Origin: a plasmid
DNA length: 64,000 bases
Sequence record: NC_009705.1
Direction: 5' to 3' (one strand)
A program made the position numbers and the translations under genes. This document shows, in pieces, positions 58,943 to 64,000 of this stretch (position 1 is the stretch's first letter; every line of letters starts with the position of its first letter). The notes beneath the pieces were generated by a model. The model worked only from the letters and a program-made list of their open reading frames with translations, was not told where the DNA came from and did not search any database.

Positions 58943-59790
58943 TACATATCCTTATTAAGGGTACTACGTATCGTAGCTGCATTTTTGTATTTAAGTGGCT
59001 GAGATGAAACCGTTGATTTCCAAGTTGATATTTTGCTATTAAATTCTGGCAAAGAGGTTATCCGTAACAAAGTCTCATCTACGGACATAGCATTGACATC
59101 AAGGTTAACGGGAAGATCAGCCGATGCAATAACAGGCATCGTGATTTTTCCTTCCAAAACAAATTTATGAAATAAAATCATCCCAGATAAATCACGATTC
59201 ATACGATCCATATTCTGCTTTAAAATTAAATTTGCCTGTTCAACACCTTGCTTCCAACCATCATCAACAGCCATGCTCCAAATCCTCTTTTCTTCAGAGT
59301 TTTTTGGCATCAGAGCAGTATTAAGAAATGAAGCATTAAAACCGGAGTCTGGAAAGTTTAAGTAGTCACGCCAACTAGGGGCAACTGATGAAAATTTAGC
59401 TTGAGCCACAATTTTGTAAAACGCGCCTGATAAACGTAATGAGAAATCTCCATCTTGATTATAGAGATCACGAGCCTCTGATATAACAGGGGGTACAACA
59501 CGATCTTGTATCATCAGATGACTAAAGTCATAAACAGTATCCAAATCTCTTTCATGCTTCTTAATTGAATTATTAATATTATTCAATTGATGTGCAAGGC
59601 CAGCCTTAACACCTAAACTCAAAGCAACGTCGAAAATAGCTTGAGTCCTTGCAGAAGCAGCTTGATTCTTTTTTGATTTGATATCATCAACTAATGATTG
59701 TGAATCTGAATCCGCTTGTGTTCTAGCTACTGATTTATCATCAAAAATATTCTGAACTTGCTGCAATGACATAGGAGGCAAGTCTGACAT
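58942..59790 (-). CDS. Hypothetical protein at the DotC/TraI position of a dotD-x-dotB operon (282 aa, no signal peptide)
   Basis: Positional inference only. Lacks the lipobox expected for DotC. Confidence 0.3.
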   Translation of the reverse strand: MSDLPPMSLQQVQNIFDDKSVARTQADSDSQSLVDDIKSKKNQAASARTQAIFDVALSLGVKAGLAHQLNNINNSIKKHERDLDTVYDFSHLMIQDRVVPPVISEARDLYNQDGDFSLRLSGAFYKIVAQAKFSSVAPSWRDYLNFPDSGFNASFLNTALMPKNSEEKRIWSMAVDDGWKQGVEQANLILKQNMDRMNRDLSGMILFHKFVLEGKITMPVIASADLPVNLDVNAMSVDETLLRITSLPEFNSKISTWKSTVSSQPLKYKNAATIRSTLNKDM

Positions 59791-59804
59791 AAAAACCTCT
59801 GGGC

Positions 59805-60260
59805 TTATTTATAACTCAGTCTAATAGTTTTTTGCTTCTGGTCTAATGTAACATCAGCACCTTTATCAATCTGATAACCGATATTCCGTAAAACCTCTTG
59901 CGGTGACATATTTTTGACTTTTATATTAATATTTTTAAGTGTCCTCCTTTTCCCAATTTCAATGTATCTATAGCCATATCTATACGCAAATGTTTGTAAT
60001 AACTCTTGCGGGACTCCGATATAATCAATATCCACATAATCAGAACCAAGTGAAGCCTGTTTCCTGCCTAATACCGCCTTATCATTATTAAGAAGAGCGG
60101 TATAATCTCGTTGAGCATTAGCTGCTATAGCCACTTTATCCGCTATCATTCTATCTGCAAAATCTGATGTCTCAGAAGTATTTTTTAAAACAGCCGGAGC
60201 ACAACCTGATAAAATTAATGTAGTAAGTAGTGATAATGGAATCGCAAGTTTTTTACTCAT
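59805..60260 (-). CDS. DotD/TraH-like lipoprotein (151 aa)
   Basis: 'LLTTLILSGCAP' lipobox. Size and position upstream of a DotB-like ATPase gene. Confidence 0.4.
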   Translation of the reverse strand: MSKKLAIPLSLLTTLILSGCAPAVLKNTSETSDFADRMIADKVAIAANAQRDYTALLNNDKAVLGRKQASLGSDYVDIDYIGVPQELLQTFAYRYGYRYIEIGKRRTLKNINIKVKNMSPQEVLRNIGYQIDKGADVTLDQKQKTIRLSYK

Positions 60261-60654
60261 AAAAAAACCTTATACTCAGATGAGTTTTTTATTTTAAATC
60301 ATTACTTGAAATATACCAAATGGTTAATGCCAGTTATTTTATAAATGTTGGCATACATTAGTAAATTAATTTTTCCGAACTGACTTCACGTTAAAGTGAA
60401 AAACTTAATTATTTATTTTTTTTGCATATAGAAATAAAATTTGTTTTTTATAAATGAAAATTAATAACTTTATTAAACCATAGAAACACACTAATAGAAC
60501 ATTAACATACATTGTTCGGCATTAGATAGACGACATGCAAACACGCGAAGGCGGCACTAAACCACCAATGAACCACACAACAATCACCAATAACTAATAA
60601 TACGGGTAAGCTAGAGTTTACATTAATTTAAATTGATGCCATTTTGCACTAACC

Positions 60655-60850
60655 ACTGGTCACAAATAAACACTGGGCGTTACTCCGCAGTTACACAGTG
60701 CGGTTGAAACGTTAACTTCGATAGAAGATAACAATAGTTTCAACCGCACTGTGTAACGTAATGATGGAAACAAACACTAACAACAAAAAGGAGTAACGCC
60801 CAATGTGACCAAGAAAAATTAAATTGTGACCACGCAAAATGACCTTAATT
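60655..60850. promoter_or_regulatory. Nested palindrome (outer CTGGGCGTTACTCC/GGAGTAACGCCCA; inner 22-bp AGTTACACAGTGCGGTTGAAAC/GTTTCAACCGCACTGTGTAACG) with flanking TGTGACCA repeats. Candidate oriT/ssi.
   Basis: Inner arms 60690-60711 and 60738-60759 (21/22 bp). Outer arms 60673-60686 and 60790-60803. TGTGACCA at 60655(rc), 60804, 60829 and 60842. Confidence 0.5.
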
Positions 60851-60895
60851 GGCATCAAAAAGAAAAAGAGTGAGAACACACTATAATTGCTTTAA

Positions 60896-60963
60896 TATGA
60901 CAGCACACCTGTAGTGACAGCACATCTGTAATGGCAGCATACCTGCAATGTCGGCATATTCGA
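60896..60963. repeat. Four tandem ~17-bp iterons GACAGCACACCTGTAGT / GACAGCACATCTGTAAT / GGCAGCATACCTGCAAT / GTCGGCATATTCGAGAG
   Basis: Read directly. Progressive degeneration toward the 3' end. Confidence 0.6.
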
Positions 60964-61085
60964 GAGAAATAATTAATTTTTAAGTGGACTCAAACAGTAG
61001 ACTTTAAAAAAGTCACCATTCGAAAAATTAATTGTATGCATGTGAAAAGCCTTAAAATGAAGTCGATTCAGTTATCGAGGGTTGA

Positions 61086-62216
61086 ATGGAAACTAAATAT
61101 AAAATTGTCGCCAAAAATCAAAATCTAATCGAACGAATTGCTTTAGATGAGCATTTAAGCGTGGTAACAAAAGAGTGTTACATGAGAAACGTAAACAGAA
61201 TGCTTAAGCAGTTAAGACGCACAGAGTTAAATCCAACACCCGAAGCCTTGTGCAATTATTTTAGCCAACGAATAGAAGAAAATACAATTGCCCAAGCAAC
61301 TGCTCGGCTTTATAAATCATCCATTATATATTACCTCTCAACTCTAGCTAGTAAGCGTGTAGATACAGGTGGAGGAATTGATGACTTAAACAATTTATAC
61401 AGTTTTTTAGGGCGAGTGAAAACATCAAGACTTCCATTGAGGACAGACAAAACATCAAGCCCTAAGATGAAACGATTTTCAAATGAGATCATTGGACAAC
61501 TTGAACACCTTGCGATGGTCAATAATAAGTTTAAAAACCTACCTTTTGTGATCTCATTTATAAAAGCAAATTTAATTACAGGCTTAAGACCTATTGAATG
61601 GATGGGGACATCGTTTTATAACTACATTCATAAAGATACAAATAACTGTTTCATCAGAGTCGCTGCTGACAATAAGATATCTAGTTCACCTGCGTTATGT
61701 GTTAGAAATGCGAAAACAACTCATGGGCGAGGAAATGGAGAATATAGAGATATAATATTCAAAGACATTGATATAAAGTCTTTATCTCACATTGTACATT
61801 TCAAAGACTTAATTGATCGCGCTCTACATAACAATCACTCACCTGATAAAAGAAAAGTCGCTGAGCGACTATTTCATCAAGCTCAAGAGACCTTACGTAA
61901 AGCATTAAAGAAAATTGGTTATGGCGATGATGATAAAATACCCTCTCTATACAGTACTCGACATCAATGCGTGGCTGATGCGAAAAAGTCCGGCTTAAAC
62001 CAAACAGAAATAGCCGCATTATTTGGACACTGGAGCACTGACACTGCCAAAATTCACTATGGTAAAAAAATACATGGCAACAACAAATTAAAAATAGCAC
62101 CATCAATTGAATCGGTTAACGCCGTTAAAATTAACAAATCAAAAAACACATTAGATAACAAATTATCTCCTTCAGCCAGCCATATTGATTTAGCGAAGGA
62201 CTGGATAAAGAACTAA
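61086..62216 (+). CDS. Tyrosine recombinase family protein (376 aa), a second integrase/resolvase/shufflon-type recombinase
   Basis: 'LRPIEW', 'RNAKTTHGRGNGEYRDI' and 'YSTRHQCVADAKKSGLNQTEIAALFGHWSTDTAKIHY' (R...HxxR...Y). Confidence 0.55.
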   Translation: METKYKIVAKNQNLIERIALDEHLSVVTKECYMRNVNRMLKQLRRTELNPTPEALCNYFSQRIEENTIAQATARLYKSSIIYYLSTLASKRVDTGGGIDDLNNLYSFLGRVKTSRLPLRTDKTSSPKMKRFSNEIIGQLEHLAMVNNKFKNLPFVISFIKANLITGLRPIEWMGTSFYNYIHKDTNNCFIRVAADNKISSSPALCVRNAKTTHGRGNGEYRDIIFKDIDIKSLSHIVHFKDLIDRALHNNHSPDKRKVAERLFHQAQETLRKALKKIGYGDDDKIPSLYSTRHQCVADAKKSGLNQTEIAALFGHWSTDTAKIHYGKKIHGNNKLKIAPSIESVNAVKINKSKNTLDNKLSPSASHIDLAKDWIKN

Positions 62217-62317
62217 AACTGAGGTAACCGACAAATATCTAAAACCTTAACTCTTTTGTTGCACCAAATAGATATTTGATTAAAAATAGACAAAACAATT
62301 ATACCCAAGAGTTTTCT

Positions 62318-62584
62318 ATGCCACTAAATAGATCTCCTAATTCTTCATGGGGAAACCCTACCAATGAAGTAAATGTTCGAACTTTATATAAATATAAAAA
62401 CATCCTCGCTTTGCTTGAGATGATTGGTGAAAACATCTTTTATGCACTATTGATTGCTTTCATTTTTATGTTTATTTGGATGTACACAGAAACTAATTTT
62501 GAAAACATTATTTTTGACGATGGCACTTCTCACCTATGCATTCTAGATGGTAAAACAGGAGTTATTACAAATGTCATCAGATAA
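62318..62584 (+). CDS. Small membrane protein, a possible IcmM/DotJ-like (positional)
   Basis: One TM 'IFYALLIAFIFMFIWMY'. Directly precedes the IcmL-like gene. Confidence 0.25.
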   Translation: MPLNRSPNSSWGNPTNEVNVRTLYKYKNILALLEMIGENIFYALLIAFIFMFIWMYTETNFENIIFDDGTSHLCILDGKTGVITNVIR

Positions 62585-63365
62585 AGAGATAAAAGAAGAG
62601 GTATTGCCTAAAGAATTAGAAGAGAATACTGGGCACAACGACCCCATATCTCATCAAGAAGCACTAGAACGCAAGCACGAGACGCTGGCATCCGATGTAT
62701 CAGCCGATACCCCTTCAGCGGCTACATTACGGGAGGTCAATAGGCTCCAGTTAGACAATATATTGCTAAAACGTAAGAACATACGAATCTGGGGTGCATC
62801 TGCCATTCTTGCAGCAGGTCTCATTGTCACTATCGGGATCACCACTTTTTGGTTTCCCAAATTTAAATATATCCCCACAACAAACAACCAAGCCATATGC
62901 AGTGTTGAAGGAGCTAATGCTCCTTTAGTCACCACTGAAACCATCATTGCTTACGCTCAGGAAGCCGTGTTGCATTCATATTCTTATGATTACGTGAACT
63001 ACCGGACAAAACTAAATGAAGTCGCTAACAAATATTATACCGACAACGGCCGCAGAGCTTTTTTCAACTCTCTGGATAAATCAAAAAATCTGGAAAAAGT
63101 TAAAGAAGGTCGCCTCATCCTCCGTTCTATGCCCGTACAAGTTGCACAATTAGAGGAAACCGGCCTTACCGCATTGAATCAGAAATACTGGATCGTACAA
63201 GCCCCTATATCAATAGAATTCTATTTAGGTGGTGAAACCAAACCACGAACTAAATCAGAATTTACTGCCGCCGTCACTGTTTTGCAAATCCCTGCAACTG
63301 CAATAAACCAAAAAGGCATTGCTATTGATTCTGTCAGCCTCGAACCGTACATACCGAGGAACTGA
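62571..63365 (+). CDS. DotI/IcmL(TraM)-like T4BSS inner-membrane protein
   Basis: Single N-terminal TM 'IWGASAILAAGLIVTIGITTFWF' followed by a ~190-aa periplasmic domain. Gene order small-TM, IcmL-like, IcmK-like matches icmM-icmL-icmK. CAGGAG RBS before ATG 62571. Confidence 0.4.
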   Translation: MSSDKEIKEEVLPKELEENTGHNDPISHQEALERKHETLASDVSADTPSAATLREVNRLQLDNILLKRKNIRIWGASAILAAGLIVTIGITTFWFPKFKYIPTTNNQAICSVEGANAPLVTTETIIAYAQEAVLHSYSYDYVNYRTKLNEVANKYYTDNGRRAFFNSLDKSKNLEKVKEGRLILRSMPVQVAQLEETGLTALNQKYWIVQAPISIEFYLGGETKPRTKSEFTAAVTVLQIPATAINQKGIAIDSVSLEPYIPRN

Positions 63366-63366
63366 A

Positions 63367-64000
63367 ATGAAATTCAGATATAAATTAATTACCCTAATAA
63401 TACTCACAGCAACAACTGCCAATACCAGTGCTGCGCAGCAAAAACCAACAACGACAATAACACCCGCGCAGTCGGCAAATGTTGCCTCACAAAAAGGGGA
63501 ACCTTCAACCGCACAAGCTCAGTCTGATAGCACTGACTCAAACAGTCATGTCGATGATAATTCAATTCAACCCAAAGATAGGCCACCAGAAAGCGGTTTA
63601 GGCTTGCAAGTTGCACCACCTCAAGTCGTATATCCGGCCTCTCAACAAATTGTCGAAGAGACCCTGACCGACCTTGAAAGCCTTCAGTTAACACCTGAAC
63701 AGAGCAACAGGTTGAAAGAGATCAACTTAGAAAGGAGCAGACAGAAATCGTCTCCTTATATATCACCTCCTAATCCTGTAACCAGAACATTGTTAGTCAA
63801 CTTAAATGCAGGTGTAACCCCCCCGACTATACGGCTCGCAACAGGTCAACTATCAACAATCGTCTTTTCGGACATGAATGGGCAAGCATGGAACATCAAT
63901 CGTGTTTCTATTAACTGCGTTCAATTCAACAGTGCATTGGGATGTGAAAAAGAGAAGGGGACAGAACAAACCAACATCATCACCATCGAACCTAAACAGC
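63367..64000 (+). CDS. DotH/IcmK(TraN)-like T4BSS outer-membrane-complex protein, 3'-partial (runs off the window)
   Basis: Signal peptide 'MKFRYKLITLIILTATTANTSAA', a Pro/Gln/Thr-rich linker, then 'PVTRTLLVNLNAGVTPPTIRLATGQLSTIVFSDMNGQAWNI' typical of the IcmK N0-like domain. No stop before the window end. Confidence 0.45.
   Translation, partial: MKFRYKLITLIILTATTANTSAAQQKPTTTITPAQSANVASQKGEPSTAQAQSDSTDSNSHVDDNSIQPKDRPPESGLGLQVAPPQVVYPASQQIVEETLTDLESLQLTPEQSNRLKEINLERSRQKSSPYISPPNPVTRTLLVNLNAGVTPPTIRLATGQLSTIVFSDMNGQAWNINRVSINCVQFNSALGCEKEKGTEQTNIITIEPKQ

Noticed and set aside
1-64000. CRISPR array and rRNA genes
   Set aside because: No regularly spaced short direct repeats with unique spacers were seen. 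The repeat arrays present (55.7-57.7 kb, 60.9 kb) are contiguous iterons without spacers. No 16S/23S-like conserved stretches were seen.

Overview
This 64-kb window is a low-GC mosaic accessory region with no rRNA, tRNA or CRISPR array visible. It reads like gammaproteobacterial (Vibrionaceae-like) DNA, though that is inferred only from sequence style. Three blocks stand out. (1) 1.9-9.7 kb holds a compact plus-strand operon whose gene set resembles a toxoflavin-type (azapteridine) biosynthetic cluster: GTP cyclohydrolase II (RibA/ToxB-like), a WD40 protein (ToxC-like), an FGE/SUMF1-domain protein (ToxD-like), an extra 615-aa beta-propeller-like protein, an MFS exporter, an NADPH-FMN-reductase-like flavoprotein and a SAM methyltransferase (ToxA-like). 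No RibD/ToxE-like gene is present. (2) 9.7-38.2 kb is a cassette-like patchwork of mostly minus-strand genes separated by several families of imperfect-palindromic repeats. It carries a PemI/PemK-type toxin-antitoxin pair, a PIN-like protein, a CoiA-like PD-(D/E)xK nuclease with a HEAT-repeat partner, an atypical kinase-like protein, a PAAR-toxin plus membrane-immunity T6SS-type module, a degraded HigA-like HTH, a tandem-AbrB regulator divergent from a six-gene operon containing an HNH nuclease, a secreted Serratia-type DRGH nuclease and a DUF4365 (Mrr-like) protein. (3) 38.7-64 kb is a conjugative-element or plasmid backbone: two tyrosine recombinases, a ParB/KorB-like protein, a ParA-ParG(RHH) partition operon embedded in dense 'ATCTTGCTGCA' iteron arrays, a ParM-like actin ATPase, and type IVB (Dot/Icm, IncI-like) transfer genes (DotA/TraY, DotB/TraJ, DotD/TraH, TrbB/DsbC-like, DotI/IcmL, DotH/IcmK, possible DotM and DotC homologs). 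A nested ~150-bp palindrome with iterons is a candidate oriT/ssi. All functional calls are by eye from protein motifs. No database search was run.
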